A DNA stretch of 32,000 nt. It comes from Guillardia theta nucleomorph (taxonomy: Eukaryota; Protista; Cryptophyta). The stretch is taken from assembly GCA_000002975.1 (NCBI GenBank), contig AF083031.2, positions 90,001 through 122,000 on the forward strand, given 5' to 3'. A model generated the notes under the pieces. The model was not told the origin of the DNA, ran no database searches, and saw only the letters and a list, made by a program, of their open reading frames with translations. Each line of letters begins with the position of its first letter. Position 1 is the first letter of the stretch. This document shows positions 1-11,613 of the stretch, piece after piece. A program made the position numbers and the translations under genes.

Positions 1-118
1 GTCGAAAACATCTAAAATAAAAATGTTCGGTTCTGATAATACACTTAGTTTTATTGAAAAAACTTTTTCTATTAATAATAGAAATAATTTAGCTATCTGT
101 TTATTTTTATTTGTTTAA
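1..118 (+). CDS. probable 3' end of an upstream CDS (partial, unknown product)
   Basis: Frame from nt 2 is open to TAA at 116-118 (SKTSKIKMFGSDNTLSFIEKTFSINNRNNLAICLFLFV*); no recognisable motif. Confidence 0.35.
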   Translation, partial: SKTSKIKMFGSDNTLSFIEKTFSINNRNNLAICLFLFV

Positions 119-151
119 TTATATACATATATTTTAATTTTATTGATTTGG

Positions 152-2698
152 ATGGTAAATTTTACAATTGATCAAATTCATGCAATAATGAGTAAGAAAA
201 ATAACATAAGAAATATTTCAGTTATCGCTCATGTAGATCATGGTAAATCGACTTTAACAGATTCACTCGTTGCCTCTGCAGGAATAATTTCCTTAGATTC
301 TGCTGGAGAGGCAAGATTAACTGATACGAGGGCAGATGAACAAGAAAGAGGTATAACCATAAAATCTACAGGAATTAGTTTATATTTTGACATTCAAAAC
401 GATATTGATTTACCTTCTGATTGCGAAGGGAAAGAATTTTTAGTAAATTTGATCGATTCTCCTGGTCATGTAGATTTTTCATCTGAAGTTACAGCAGCTC
501 TCCGTGTCACAGATGGTGCTTTGGTTGTAGTAGATTGCATAGAAGGCGTTTGTGTGCAAACAGAAACTGTTTTAAGACAAGCTCTTCTTGAAAGAATCAA
601 ACCTGTTCTGACAATTAACAAGCTAGATAGAGCATTTCTTGAATTGCAATGTGAAAACGAAGAAATGTATCGTACATTTTATAAGGTTATTGAAAATGTA
701 AATGTTATAATGGTAACTTATCAGGATGATTTGTTAGGAGATGTTCAGGTTTCTCCAGAAGTAGGAAATGTTGCATTTTCTGCAGGTTTACACGGTTGGG
801 CATTCACATTAAGTCAATTTGCTAGAATGTATGCAAAAAAATGGAAAATTGAAGGCGAAAAATTAAATGAATTTACAAAAAAATTAACTTTAAAACTATG
901 GGGTGATAACTTTTTTGATCCATCGTCTAAAAAATGGACAAAGAAAGAAGATAACTCTATAGAAAGGTCATTTTCTCATTTTATACTTAACCCAATTAAA
1001 AAGATAATAAATTATGCAATGTCAGATAAAGTTGATGAAATTGTGAAAGCAATGGAAGGATTTTCGATTAAAATAACAAACGACGATAAATCATTAAAAC
1101 AAAAAAACCTTATGAAAAGAGTTCTTCAGAAGTGGTTACCGGCTGACCAAGCATTGAAAGAGATGATAATACATCATTTACCATCACCTGCCAGGGCACA
1201 ATTTTATAGAGTAGGGAATTTATATGAAGGTCCATTAAATGATGAATTCGCTGAATCTATTAAAAAATGTGATTCAAATGGACCTTTGATGGTTTACATA
1301 TCAAAAATGATTCCATCGAGTGACAAAGGAAGATTTATTGCATTTGGTAGAGTATTTTCGGGTACTATTAAAACAGGGCAAAAAATTAGAATAATGGGTT
1401 CTAACTACATACCAGGTAAAAAAACCGATTTGTCTATTAAAAATGTACAAAGAGTTCTATTGATGATGGGTAGAAAAGTCGAAATCATAGATAATTTACC
1501 TGCAGGTAACACTGTTGGAATAGTAGGAATTGATCAATGTCTTGTTAAATCAGGGACAATTTCTGATTCTGAGAATGCCTATCCAATGAAAAACATGAAA
1601 TATTCTGTTTCGGCTGTTGTTAGAGTTGCAGTAGAGCCTAAAAATCCTAGTGATTTACCAAAATTAATAGAAGGATTAAAAAGACTATCAAAATCAGACC
1701 CCTTGGTTCAATGCATGACAGAAGAATCAGGTGAGCATATTGTTGCCGGAGCAGGGGAGTTGCATTTAGAAATATGTTTAAAAGATTTGCAAGATGACTT
1801 TATGAATGGGGCTGAACTTAAAATATCACAACCTATTGTAAGTTATCGTGAAACTGTAGAAGGAGTTATAAATCCAGAAGAAACTGCGGTTTGTTTATCT
1901 AAATCTCCTAATAAACATAATAGAATCTATTGTTATGCAGAACCATTACCAGAAGGACTTTCCGAAGCAATTGATGATGGAAAAATAAAATCAAGTGATG
2001 AACCTAAAACAAGAATTAAAGAACTAAAACAAAAATTTGACATGAATGAAGAGGATATAAAGAAAATCTGGTGTTTTGGACCAGATGGTAATGGTCCAAA
2101 CTTTTTGGTTGATAGAACTAAAGGCCTCCAATATATTAATGAGATAAAAGATTCATGTAACTCGGGATTTCAATGGGCAACGAAAGAAGGTGTATTGTGT
2201 GGAGAAAATATACGTGGAGTTTTATTTAAAATAGTTGATGTAACTTTACATGCTGACGCAATTCATCGTGGTGGAGGTCAAATTATACCTACTGCCAGAA
2301 GATGCTTTCATGGAGCTCAGTTACTAGCTAATCCCAAGCTTTTAGAACCTGTATATTTAGTAGAAATACAATGCCATGAGAATAGTGTTGGTTCTATTTA
2401 CGGTGTACTGAATAGAAAAAGAGGACATGTCTTTGAAGAGTCACAAAGACCTGGAACTCCTATTTTTAATGTTAAAGCATATTTACCTGTACAAGAATCA
2501 TTCGGATTTACTGCAGATTTAAGAGCTGCGACAGGAGGACAAGCGTTTCCACAATGTGTATTTGATCATTGGCAGATTGTTCAAGGAAATCCGTTAGATA
2601 AAAATGATAAATGTCATGAAATAGTTAAAAACATCAGAAAAAGAAAAGGATTAAAAGAAGAAATTCCAGGTATAGAAAATTTTTTGGACAAGTTGTAA
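152..2698 (+). CDS. eEF2: eukaryotic translation elongation factor 2
   Basis: ATG at 152 gives canonical MVNFT; [27 protein letters not shown] GTPase motifs; diphthamide loop [19 protein letters not shown]; C-terminus FLDKL. Confidence 0.99.
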   Translation: MVNFTIDQIHAIMSKKNNIRNISVIAHVDHGKSTLTDSLVASAGIISLDSAGEARLTDTRADEQERGITIKSTGISLYFDIQNDIDLPSDCEGKEFLVNLIDSPGHVDFSSEVTAALRVTDGALVVVDCIEGVCVQTETVLRQALLERIKPVLTINKLDRAFLELQCENEEMYRTFYKVIENVNVIMVTYQDDLLGDVQVSPEVGNVAFSAGLHGWAFTLSQFARMYAKKWKIEGEKLNEFTKKLTLKLWGDNFFDPSSKKWTKKEDNSIERSFSHFILNPIKKIINYAMSDKVDEIVKAMEGFSIKITNDDKSLKQKNLMKRVLQKWLPADQALKEMIIHHLPSPARAQFYRVGNLYEGPLNDEFAESIKKCDSNGPLMVYISKMIPSSDKGRFIAFGRVFSGTIKTGQKIRIMGSNYIPGKKTDLSIKNVQRVLLMMGRKVEIIDNLPAGNTVGIVGIDQCLVKSGTISDSENAYPMKNMKYSVSAVVRVAVEPKNPSDLPKLIEGLKRLSKSDPLVQCMTEESGEHIVAGAGELHLEICLKDLQDDFMNGAELKISQPIVSYRETVEGVINPEETAVCLSKSPNKHNRIYCYAEPLPEGLSEAIDDGKIKSSDEPKTRIKELKQKFDMNEEDIKKIWCFGPDGNGPNFLVDRTKGLQYINEIKDSCNSGFQWATKEGVLCGENIRGVLFKIVDVTLHADAIHRGGGQIIPTARRCFHGAQLLANPKLLEPVYLVEIQCHENSVGSIYGVLNRKRGHVFEESQRPGTPIFNVKAYLPVQESFGFTADLRAATGGQAFPQCVFDHWQIVQGNPLDKNDKCHEIVKNIRKRKGLKEEIPGIENFLDKL

Positions 2699-2740
2699 AT
2701 ATATTTAAATCCTAGTTTATTGTATTAAAATTTTAATTTA

Positions 2741-3370
2741 ATGAATAGAATAAGATTGGACGGAAGAGCTTGTAATGAAATAAGGCCAATTAAAATCAAA
2801 TCAAATATTTTTAAAAATTATGCATTTAGTACAGAAATATCCATAGGAGCGACAAAAATTTTAAGTTATATGATAGAAAATCATAATTATGAAAAAATTT
2901 ACGACTGTAGTCTAAAATTTTTGAAACTAGGATTAAATAACAAAAAAACACAACTTTTAGATTCCATTTCAAAATTTTTAATAAGTATTTCAAACTTCAT
3001 TATTACTAATAGTATAATAAAATTTTCTTTTTTTATTATTGAAGATGATGGTAATATAGAATTTGCGCTATGTAATTGTATAACAAGACTATTGATGGCT
3101 TCCAAAAAAATAAAATTTGAAATTATATTTAACTCTATATGTGCAAAAAAAAAATTTTATCCGATTTTAGATTTGAGGAATATCGAAGAAGATGTAGGAT
3201 TTAATATTTTTTACTTTATTTTTTTAAACACAAAATGCAGAAAAAAAATATACTGTTTTTTTAAAAAAATAGTTGATAAAGAATTTAAAGATGATACAAT
3301 TCAAATATTATTACACGCATTGAGAATGTTTAATTTAATTAAAAAAAAATTCAAAATTTGTATTAAATGA
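2741..3370 (+). CDS. divergent exosome RNase PH-domain subunit (Rrp42/43/45 group)
   Basis: RLDGRACNEIRPIKI start, IGATKI, EDDGNI and ILDLRNIEE motifs typical of RNase PH exosome subunits. Confidence 0.75.
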   Translation: MNRIRLDGRACNEIRPIKIKSNIFKNYAFSTEISIGATKILSYMIENHNYEKIYDCSLKFLKLGLNNKKTQLLDSISKFLISISNFIITNSIIKFSFFIIEDDGNIEFALCNCITRLLMASKKIKFEIIFNSICAKKKFYPILDLRNIEEDVGFNIFYFIFLNTKCRKKIYCFFKKIVDKEFKDDTIQILLHALRMFNLIKKKFKICIK

Positions 3371-3406
3371 ATTTATCAAACGAATAATATATTTTATTAT
3401 ATCAAA

Positions 3407-4819
3407 TTATTTACAATAATTAAGATTTTCAAAAATATTGTTAATCTTTTCTTCTTTTGTTAATTTTTTTTTTCTAACATTATCATATAAACTAATTTGC
3501 TTTTTAGGATATTGTCCTAATTTGTTTATTTTAAGATAATTTATTATTTTCTCAAGATTTATTTCTAAATGAAATATTGTTCTTACAGAAAAACAATCAT
3601 TAAATGATTTTAGTATAAAAAAATCGAAGTTGTTAAAATGCCAAACATTCGTGTCATTAAATACACCATTATCAATACAAGTAAAAAAAAAAGCGGTGTA
3701 AACCAATATAAAGTTGCAACATTTTATAGTCTTGACATTTTTCATAAAATTAATCATAAAATGGTGTATATAATTAGATTTAATACTTTGAAACTGATTA
3801 TAAATATTTAAAACGGCTTTTATATAAACTTCGTATGTTTTTATATCTTTTCCTTGTGAAAATTTATAATCGTTTTTAAAAATCAAATAATAATCAGATA
3901 AAGAATGAATAAAAATAGAATATATAATGCAATCAGAAAAAGTAAATAAATTATGAAACTTGTAAAAGAATTTTTCTAAAAAAGCGTTAGAAGATCTCAA
4001 AAATGGTCTGTTAATAAAATTTAGAATAAATTTTAAAATATTTATATTTTCTTGATGAGTTACAAAGATTTCATGATAAATTAAATATTGAAAATAAAAA
4101 TTTAATCTTGAAGAAACTTTATCACCTAAGTTAATGATAAATTTAAAGTTATTTGTTTTAAAATTATAAGAAAAAAAGCTTTGTAAATTTAATATTTTAA
4201 TTTTGATTATTCTCGGTAAGTATGTTGTTTTTTTTTTTGAATAGTTTAAGCTATTTATTTTATATTTTAGCAAAAAAGAAACGTCCAATAATACGAATGA
4301 AAAAGTAGAAAAAATAATTTTATTTAAAAAATTATTGAGAAAAAAAATTTTTTTTTTAGTTTTTAGTTTTTTTTTGATTTTAGTAACAAATTTTAAATTA
4401 CCAACATTCAAAAATAAGCATTTCATGTCGTTTATAAATGTAAGATGTACAAATTTGAACAGTTTTTTAATTAAATAATTATATGTATCAGAAATTAAAA
4501 TTTTAAAAACACTTGTTGTAAATTCTTGGAATTCTTCGTTTATTATTCTTGAAAAATTTTTTATTCTACAAAAAAGATATTCAGCGCTCTTAAAAAAAAA
4601 TTTGAATTTAAAAAAATTAATTGAAAATAAAATAGTATTTGTTTTGAAATAATTCTTTTTGAAATTATTAGAAAAAAATTTTACTGATTCTTTTGTTGAG
4701 GTTGATTTTTTGTTTATAATGTTAGAAAAATCTATATGGTTTATATTTCTTTTTTTATCTTCAATTTTTTTAATGTTATTTTTATAATATAAATTAATAC
4801 TATTCCACAAATCAGCCAT
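3407..4819 (-). CDS. hypothetical protein, 470 aa, F/I/N/K-rich
   Basis: Long ATG-initiated ORF filling the gap between neighbours; no reliable motif. Confidence 0.7.
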   Translation of the reverse strand: MADLWNSINLYYKNNIKKIEDKKRNINHIDFSNIINKKSTSTKESVKFFSNNFKKNYFKTNTILFSINFFKFKFFFKSAEYLFCRIKNFSRIINEEFQEFTTSVFKILISDTYNYLIKKLFKFVHLTFINDMKCLFLNVGNLKFVTKIKKKLKTKKKIFFLNNFLNKIIFSTFSFVLLDVSFLLKYKINSLNYSKKKTTYLPRIIKIKILNLQSFFSYNFKTNNFKFIINLGDKVSSRLNFYFQYLIYHEIFVTHQENINILKFILNFINRPFLRSSNAFLEKFFYKFHNLFTFSDCIIYSIFIHSLSDYYLIFKNDYKFSQGKDIKTYEVYIKAVLNIYNQFQSIKSNYIHHFMINFMKNVKTIKCCNFILVYTAFFFTCIDNGVFNDTNVWHFNNFDFFILKSFNDCFSVRTIFHLEINLEKIINYLKINKLGQYPKKQISLYDNVRKKKLTKEEKINNIFENLNYCK

Positions 4820-4850
4820 TGATAAAATATAAAAAATAGATTATTCACAT

Positions 4851-5549
4851 ATGTCAAGGAATCTATACTCTCACGATGGTAGAGTTGAACAGTTAGAATT
4901 TGCATTAGAATTAATTGATAAAAGTAATTCTGCAATAGGAATAATCTATGAAAAGGGAATTCTTTTCGCAACAATGGAAAAAAATAAACATAATTCTGAA
5001 AAAGAATATCAAAATTTCACTTTTGCCTTAGAAAAAAATATTATTTGTATTGCAAGTGGTAATATACCTGATGCTAACACAATCTTATTTTATCTGAAAT
5101 CTTTCGCTGATGAATACAAACTTATGTTTCAAGAGACAGTTCCGATTGAAAAGATAGTTGGTTATCTTTCTGATATAATGCATAAACCAACACAGATGAT
5201 TTATCAAAGACCTCTAGGAGTAAGTTTTATAATAGGAGGATGGGATGAGTTTAGGGGATTTCAGTTATTCAAGATTGATCCTTCAGGAAATTTTTCAGGA
5301 TGGAGAGCTACATCAATAGGTTTTAACAATATTTTGAATCAAACATTAATAGAAGAGAATTATCATAATAAAATAAATCTTAAAGAATCAATAGGCATTA
5401 TTGTAAAATTATATTACAAAAATCTAAATGACTATAATTTTCCAAATTCTTTCAATTTGCTTAAGTTATATTTTGATAAAAATAAAAATATATTGATTCA
5501 TAGATTTAATAAAAAAGAAATAAAAATGTTAAGAAAAGTATTTAAGTAA
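4851..5549 (+). CDS. PRE9: 20S proteasome alpha3 subunit (PRE9/PSMA4)
   Basis: DGRVEQLEFA, RPLGVSFIIGGWD, GFQLFKIDPSGNFSGWRATSIG match alpha3 ([22 protein letters not shown]). Confidence 0.9.
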   Translation: MSRNLYSHDGRVEQLEFALELIDKSNSAIGIIYEKGILFATMEKNKHNSEKEYQNFTFALEKNIICIASGNIPDANTILFYLKSFADEYKLMFQETVPIEKIVGYLSDIMHKPTQMIYQRPLGVSFIIGGWDEFRGFQLFKIDPSGNFSGWRATSIGFNNILNQTLIEENYHNKINLKESIGIIVKLYYKNLNDYNFPNSFNLLKLYFDKNKNILIHRFNKKEIKMLRKVFK

Positions 5550-5568
5550 TAATATTTTCAAAATTTTT

Positions 5569-5784
5569 TCATGAATTTTTAAAATTTATATATCCATTAT
5601 ATTGCAAAAGTTTTTCAATCAAGTCAACGTGTGTTAAAATCATTCTTCTGCAGCAATATCTTTGTAAACCGAGTGTATCTAAAGCACTAGATTCGCTATA
5701 ATTTTCGTTCAATAATCTTAAATATATTTCCCATTTGTTACCTATAATTTTTCCACAAGTAAAACATCTAACAGGAATTATCAT
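5569..5784 (-). CDS. rpb10: RNA polymerase I/II/III subunit RPB10
   Basis: [12 protein letters not shown] ... [19 protein letters not shown]. Confidence 0.99.
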   Translation of the reverse strand: MIIPVRCFTCGKIIGNKWEIYLRLLNENYSESSALDTLGLQRYCCRRMILTHVDLIEKLLQYNGYINFKNS

Positions 5785-5820
5785 AAAATAATTATTAATT
5801 TATGAAATTAAAAATTATAT

Positions 5821-8800
5821 TCAAATTAATAAGAAATTAAATAAAAAATTTTCTATATCTTTAGTTATATTTAGAAATCCTAATGAATAATTGAAAATAA
5901 ATTTTCTTTTCGTAATTTTAAAACTATAATTAGAATAGTCTTTAGCTCTATAAAAATTTATAAATTTGTTTAACATGTTAAATAATTTTTTTTTGAGAAT
6001 ACCTTGAATCGAAATAAATTCTAAATGTAAGTTTTTCAATACATTTATTTGATTCTTAATTAATAAATTTGTTGGAATTTCAGAGTAAATTTTTAATTTT
6101 AATAAGTATTGTTTGGTAAAGTATAACAATCTTTTTTTATTGTCTTCTAAATTAAAATTTGAAAAAAAATTTAATTCTAAAAATTTAAAAAAACTTTGTA
6201 AAAAAAAATACAATATTTCAAAAAAAAACTTAATTGTAAAATATTTTGAGGACAAAATTTTTGATTTTTGATATTTATTCTCGGGTAAGAATTTCTTTAA
6301 ATGCAAAGATATAAACGAAGACCCATTTTTCGAAAATATTAGATATATAAAATTTTTAAATTTTTGGTAAAAATTGTAAAACTTGAGTAGCTCAATACTA
6401 TTAATATTAAGATGAAATTTCAATAGTATTAAAAATGTAGCTGAAAAATTCCTTAATTCTTTCAAAATTATTAAATTAATAAGGTTAAACTTTTTAATAA
6501 ACAAATTCTTCATAATTTTTAAATTAGTTTTAGGGAATAAATTTGAGAAACTGATTACAACACTTATTTGAAAAAAAAATATTTCATATGATATCTTATA
6601 ATTGTAATTTACAGAATCTAAAAATATTCTTTTCATTAAAAATTTATAGAACATTAACATATATTTATCACATTTTTTTATGAAATAATTTGTAACTGAA
6701 TATATTATTGTGTGAAGTATAGTTTTATCGAAACGATCATATATTTTATTTAATTTTATTCTAATAAAATGTGATTTACTTTTTTTTTTTTTGCAAACTT
6801 TTGTTACAGTAGAATTATTGATGTTTTTTGAAGATAGATGAGAACAAAAAAAAGATTTCATTTGAATTGATAAATACAAAAAAAAAAAATTATATAAATC
6901 TCTTTCAAAAAAAGAATGATATACAAAATTAAACCTATAATAATTTTCTTCAGTTTTTTTATTCAATTTTATAACACAATACGTGATTATCTTATTAAGA
7001 TTATTCAAAATTTCAATAAACCTATTTACTATATCAAATAATAATTTATTTGTTGCTATAAACAGAATTTGATTTATATCAAAAATAATTCGTTTTAAAA
7101 CAAAATATTTGAAAAAATATTTACATGTTGATTTCGTTTTATAATAATTTTTTTCGTATTCTTTTTTTCTAGAAAAACCAATTTCATAAAGATTAAATTT
7201 AAATCTAAAATAGTTAAATCTAATTAATAATCCCATGATTTTTACCATCGAAGTTAACCTAATAAAGATTTTTAAATTTCTAAAAATTACTAATTTTCTA
7301 ACTAATTTATTGAAGTATATGTAAGTAAAAAAAAATAAAGTTGAAGATTTAACTTTGTTATTAGAAAAGGATATTATTATAAAAAATAATCTTTTAAAAT
7401 CACACAAATGAAATAAAAATAAAAAATTATAAACTGATTCGTATTTATTAATAAAAATTTGAAAGTTTATAAAAAATAAATTATTTTCTTTTAAGTATCT
7501 ACTTGAAAACTTTTTTGAAAAAAATATCAATAGAATGGCTAAATTTTCGAAAATTATCTTACTCAAATAGAAATTTACAAAACATTTATTATTTATAAAA
7601 AACATATCTCTTACATAATTTTTGCAAGTATCAATTTTTAAAGAAATTTTGCTTAAATTATTGTAAAAAAAAAGATTTTTTATAACTAAAAATATGAAAA
7701 TAAAATCTTTTAAAAAAAAATTTTTTTTATCTCTTAGAATTAATATTTTTAATAAATTGTCGAATAAGTTTGTGCTTTTTTTTAAAGAAAATAAATTATC
7801 ATGAATAAAAATAAATTTGCTTGTTATAATTTCTTCTTTACACGAAATGAAGTTGGAAATCATAAATTTTATTATTAGTAATGTTTTAAAATAATATTTG
7901 AAAATTAAACCAATTTCAATTTTTTTAAAATCGTAGATTGTAGTTTCTTTTAAAAAGATGTTCGTAATTATAATATTTTTATCTAAAATTTTTTTTAAAT
8001 AAATATTATTTAATAAATTGTAAACTTTCTTGTGTAAATAATTATCAAATAAAGTACAGGAAATTTTAACTAATTTTTTTGAACTTGAAAATATTCTTTT
8101 ATCATATATTAGATGTATGTAATTTATTAGTATTTTTTTAAAGAAAATAAATCTGTATTTTTTAGAATGATAAAATATGAATAAATTTGTAAGAAAAATA
8201 ATTTTTTGAGTTACATAAAAAGTAAATTTACCAAAAGATATAAAATTTAAATATATTTTTAGTATTTCAATATAATATTCTAGATTAAAATTTAATAAGA
8301 AACATGATATAATAAATTTTTTTTGATGTATTTTATTTATTTTTTTATATCTTTGTAATATTAAAAAAAAAGTATAATTTTTCAAAAAGTCTTGATCAAA
8401 ATTCAAAAACGAAATCTGAAAATTTAAAGTAAAAATATATGTTATAAACCTTGATAATTTGTTCAATTTCTTAAAATTTGAGATATTATTAATTCTATTA
8501 CCACAAATTATTTGATTTTTTGATATTAATTTTTCATTATTTTTAAAGAAACTTTTCGAAAATACTGACGTTTTCTTATCAATAAAAAAATTTTGAAAAT
8601 TCAAACTATTAAAATATAAAATATTTAATAAAAAAAATTTATTCTTATTAAAGTTTATAATTTCATTTTCGGAAATTTCTTGCAAATTGAATTTTAAATT
8701 TTTTTGATTTTGTATTTTAAATAAATTATCAAAAGATAACTCTAATTTTAAAGTTAAATTTTCTCCTAATTTTATATTTATTAGGTATTTTATTTGATGG

Positions 8801-10662
8801 TTAATATATTCTAGTACAAATTTTTGGTTTGAGATATAAGTATAGTAAAAAATAAATTTGTAATTAGTATACAATTTTTTGCCGTAAGGTAACGTAAAGC
8901 AATAAAAAAAAAAAAATAAAATATTTTTTGAACTATTTATTAATGAGATTATATTTATTATAAAATAAGAGAAAATTTCATATATTTTATTAGATAAAAA
9001 TATTGATTTTAAATTTTTGTAAACTGATAATCTTTTATCATTTTTAAAACTAATAAAGGCTGAGTAAAATCCTAAATTATTGTTGAAAAATTTATTATTA
9101 AATTTTTTAAATACAAATATATTCGAGTCTCTCAAATTTTTAATATTTAGAACTCTGTCTAAGTGATTTTTGATTTTGAAAAAACAATTTCCAAAATATT
9201 TTGGTATAAAATTTAGAATGAATTCTTTTGAATTAATATTATATCTAATTAAATTAAAATACTTAAAATTAGAAAAAAATATAGAATTTAAATTTTTTAG
9301 AAAATTTTTTAATATATCAATAAAATTTATTATGTAAATGGATGTAAAGGTATTTATGTAATTCCAAACTATAATAGATTTTGCTTTAAATTTGTTATTT
9401 AAAAGTTCTTTTTTCTTCGAATTTATAAATTTTTGTATCCTGCAACATAAATATTTTGATAATACTCTAAAATGTAAATTTTTATCGCAAAATTGTAAAA
9501 ATTTTAACATTTTTTTAATATTTAGAGATCTTAAATCCAACAAAAAAATAGTTATGTGTGATGAATAACTTATCGAATTTCTATAATATTTTATATCGGT
9601 TAAGTAAAATTTTAAATCAAATCCTGCAATTTTAATAAAAATATTAAATAATAAATTTTTAAAAATTATATGTTTTTCGTCTATAAATCTTAATGAAAAA
9701 TTAAAATAGTCACTAATATCTAAAAATTTTTCCAAATAATTTTTTTTTTTGGGTGTTCGGTGTCTAGAAAAAATCATTAATAGCTTTAAACATAATGAGA
9801 TAAATCTTATTTCATTATCTTTCAATAATATTTTCAATAAACAAAAAAGAAAATCAAAATCTAAAGTTAAAGATAATAAATTAAGAATATCTAATAAAAA
9901 ATTAATTTCCATAAAACTGCTTTGAAATCGGTTGAATTTTAGATTTTTCTTTGTTTTTAATCTACTCAGATTAAATATTTGCCATCTCTTAAAAAATAAT
10001 TGGTAATTAGTTTTTTGTACTAGATCTTGAATTTTTTTTTTTTTAAAAGTTATTTTTATATTTTCCAATAGTGTTTTTTTTATTATATTAAAAGGTTTTT
10101 CATAGAATTTTAAATTTATGAAATTCTTAATTCTATTATATACATTGTTTTTAATAATGCAAGTATCTCCAAAATGATAAAACATGGATTCAAAGAAAAA
10201 TATTTTATTGTTTTTTTTTATAATAAAATAAAAATATTTTCCAAGTAATCTAGTTACTCTATTAACACAATAATTTTTATTAATTCTATTTTCAATACAT
10301 TGGAACTTTAAAATAATTTGACTCAAATCTAAATTGATACCTAGAAAAAATAAAACTTTCATAAAATTTTTTTTGAGATTATTGAATTTTATATTACAAT
10401 TTTCGATTGTATTTTCTACCAGAAAAATATTCAATATATGGACTCTCCTAGATTTATTAATAGTGTATTTCTCTGTGAAAAGATTATTTTTCACATATAA
10501 AAAATATTCATTATAAAAATTATTAGATTCTAATAAATGATTAAAATAATTTTTTTTTTTGATTTTTAGAATGGAATTTTCAAAGTCATAGCAAAAAAAA
10601 TATTTAAAGCTGCAAAAACGATTGATTACGTTTATAAGAGTTTTTTTGAATTTAGTTAACAT
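5821..10662 (-). CDS. large hypothetical protein, 1613 aa
   Basis: 4.8-kb open frame in very AT-rich DNA cannot be chance; strongly F/I/N/K/L-biased; no motif recognised. Confidence 0.8.
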   Translation of the reverse strand: MLTKFKKTLINVINRFCSFKYFFCYDFENSILKIKKKNYFNHLLESNNFYNEYFLYVKNNLFTEKYTINKSRRVHILNIFLVENTIENCNIKFNNLKKNFMKVLFFLGINLDLSQIILKFQCIENRINKNYCVNRVTRLLGKYFYFIIKKNNKIFFFESMFYHFGDTCIIKNNVYNRIKNFINLKFYEKPFNIIKKTLLENIKITFKKKKIQDLVQKTNYQLFFKRWQIFNLSRLKTKKNLKFNRFQSSFMEINFLLDILNLLSLTLDFDFLFCLLKILLKDNEIRFISLCLKLLMIFSRHRTPKKKNYLEKFLDISDYFNFSLRFIDEKHIIFKNLLFNIFIKIAGFDLKFYLTDIKYYRNSISYSSHITIFLLDLRSLNIKKMLKFLQFCDKNLHFRVLSKYLCCRIQKFINSKKKELLNNKFKAKSIIVWNYINTFTSIYIINFIDILKNFLKNLNSIFFSNFKYFNLIRYNINSKEFILNFIPKYFGNCFFKIKNHLDRVLNIKNLRDSNIFVFKKFNNKFFNNNLGFYSAFISFKNDKRLSVYKNLKSIFLSNKIYEIFSYFIINIISLINSSKNILFFFFYCFTLPYGKKLYTNYKFIFYYTYISNQKFVLEYINHQIKYLINIKLGENLTLKLELSFDNLFKIQNQKNLKFNLQEISENEIINFNKNKFFLLNILYFNSLNFQNFFIDKKTSVFSKSFFKNNEKLISKNQIICGNRINNISNFKKLNKLSRFITYIFTLNFQISFLNFDQDFLKNYTFFLILQRYKKINKIHQKKFIISCFLLNFNLEYYIEILKIYLNFISFGKFTFYVTQKIIFLTNLFIFYHSKKYRFIFFKKILINYIHLIYDKRIFSSSKKLVKISCTLFDNYLHKKVYNLLNNIYLKKILDKNIIITNIFLKETTIYDFKKIEIGLIFKYYFKTLLIIKFMISNFISCKEEIITSKFIFIHDNLFSLKKSTNLFDNLLKILILRDKKNFFLKDFIFIFLVIKNLFFYNNLSKISLKIDTCKNYVRDMFFINNKCFVNFYLSKIIFENLAILLIFFSKKFSSRYLKENNLFFINFQIFINKYESVYNFLFLFHLCDFKRLFFIIISFSNNKVKSSTLFFFTYIYFNKLVRKLVIFRNLKIFIRLTSMVKIMGLLIRFNYFRFKFNLYEIGFSRKKEYEKNYYKTKSTCKYFFKYFVLKRIIFDINQILFIATNKLLFDIVNRFIEILNNLNKIITYCVIKLNKKTEENYYRFNFVYHSFFERDLYNFFFLYLSIQMKSFFCSHLSSKNINNSTVTKVCKKKKSKSHFIRIKLNKIYDRFDKTILHTIIYSVTNYFIKKCDKYMLMFYKFLMKRIFLDSVNYNYKISYEIFFFQISVVISFSNLFPKTNLKIMKNLFIKKFNLINLIILKELRNFSATFLILLKFHLNINSIELLKFYNFYQKFKNFIYLIFSKNGSSFISLHLKKFLPENKYQKSKILSSKYFTIKFFFEILYFFLQSFFKFLELNFFSNFNLEDNKKRLLYFTKQYLLKLKIYSEIPTNLLIKNQINVLKNLHLEFISIQGILKKKLFNMLNKFINFYRAKDYSNYSFKITKRKFIFNYSLGFLNITKDIENFLFNFLLI

Positions 10663-10718
10663 GGTTAATTATTTTAATAATTAGTTAAGTAAAAATTGTA
10701 AAATACTAACAAGTGAAG

Positions 10719-11495
10719 TTAATTTTTTTTCGTATTAAACCTTCCTAACACTACTGCATGATCTCTTTCGTATGGCTCTAAAGTTAATTGTTCAGAAGGT
10801 TTGAAATTGTTTCTAATAAGTTTTTGAATTTCCTTTGAAAACACAATATTAGGATCAACTATAGAATCAATGCAACTTGCTTTTATTGCAATTATAAAAT
10901 AGCCGCCTGTTTTTAAAAAATGTTTGGAATTGATTGAAAGAATTCTTGCTTGATCCGGTTGAGCAACATCAGAAAAAACTAAATCAGTTATACCTAATAA
11001 CATTCTGTATTTATAGGGATAACGAGCATCTTCGATAATTGGTACAACATTTGTCCTTTTTTTGGCCAAATTTAATAAATCCCTTCCACTTCGATGAGAG
11101 AATTCAACAGCATAAACAGTTCCTTCGATTCCAATTATGTCCGATATGTGAGAAACCGTTGTTCCGTTGGCAGCTCCGAGATATAATACCGACATGCCTC
11201 TTCTTAAGAAAATATCATCAACTCCACCCAGAATAACTGCTGCTAATTTCGATCTAAAGGGATTCCAGACCCTGTATTCTTCTACAGAATCATTATTTTT
11301 ATTAATTAAAATTCTTTTTTCACCATATACTGATGAACCTATTATAAGATTCTTAGTACACAAAGCATCTTGTTTACTTCTAGCAATAAATACTCCATCA
11401 TATTTGTGTTTTTCAATTATAACTCTTAGTCCTCCTTTAAGATTGTATTTTGTTCTTTTTGTTAGAATTTTATTCCTAGACTTCGATGAATTCAT
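10719..11495 (-). CDS. nop1: fibrillarin (box C/D rRNA 2'-O-methyltransferase)
   Basis: [61 protein letters not shown]. Confidence 0.99.
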   Translation of the reverse strand: MNSSKSRNKILTKRTKYNLKGGLRVIIEKHKYDGVFIARSKQDALCTKNLIIGSSVYGEKRILINKNNDSVEEYRVWNPFRSKLAAVILGGVDDIFLRRGMSVLYLGAANGTTVSHISDIIGIEGTVYAVEFSHRSGRDLLNLAKKRTNVVPIIEDARYPYKYRMLLGITDLVFSDVAQPDQARILSINSKHFLKTGGYFIIAIKASCIDSIVDPNIVFSKEIQKLIRNNFKPSEQLTLEPYERDHAVVLGRFNTKKN

Positions 11496-11613
11496 ATAAG
11501 TAAATATTATTATATTATTTATTTATTAAACTGTATTTTTATGCTACAAAATTAATATTAAACTTAGTATAATTTTAATTTCAAAAATTCAATCATAAAT
11601 TAGTAATATTTTT

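Noticed and set aside
143-151. TTG-type starts given in the ORF track (143, 13787, 14642, 21076, 21997, 23265, 28048, 30597)
   Set aside because: Eukaryotic genome: downstream ATGs, introns or frameshifts explain the true starts
3407-4819. FIHSLSDYY resembling eIF3l LHSLLGDYY
   Set aside because: A single short motif in a low-complexity protein
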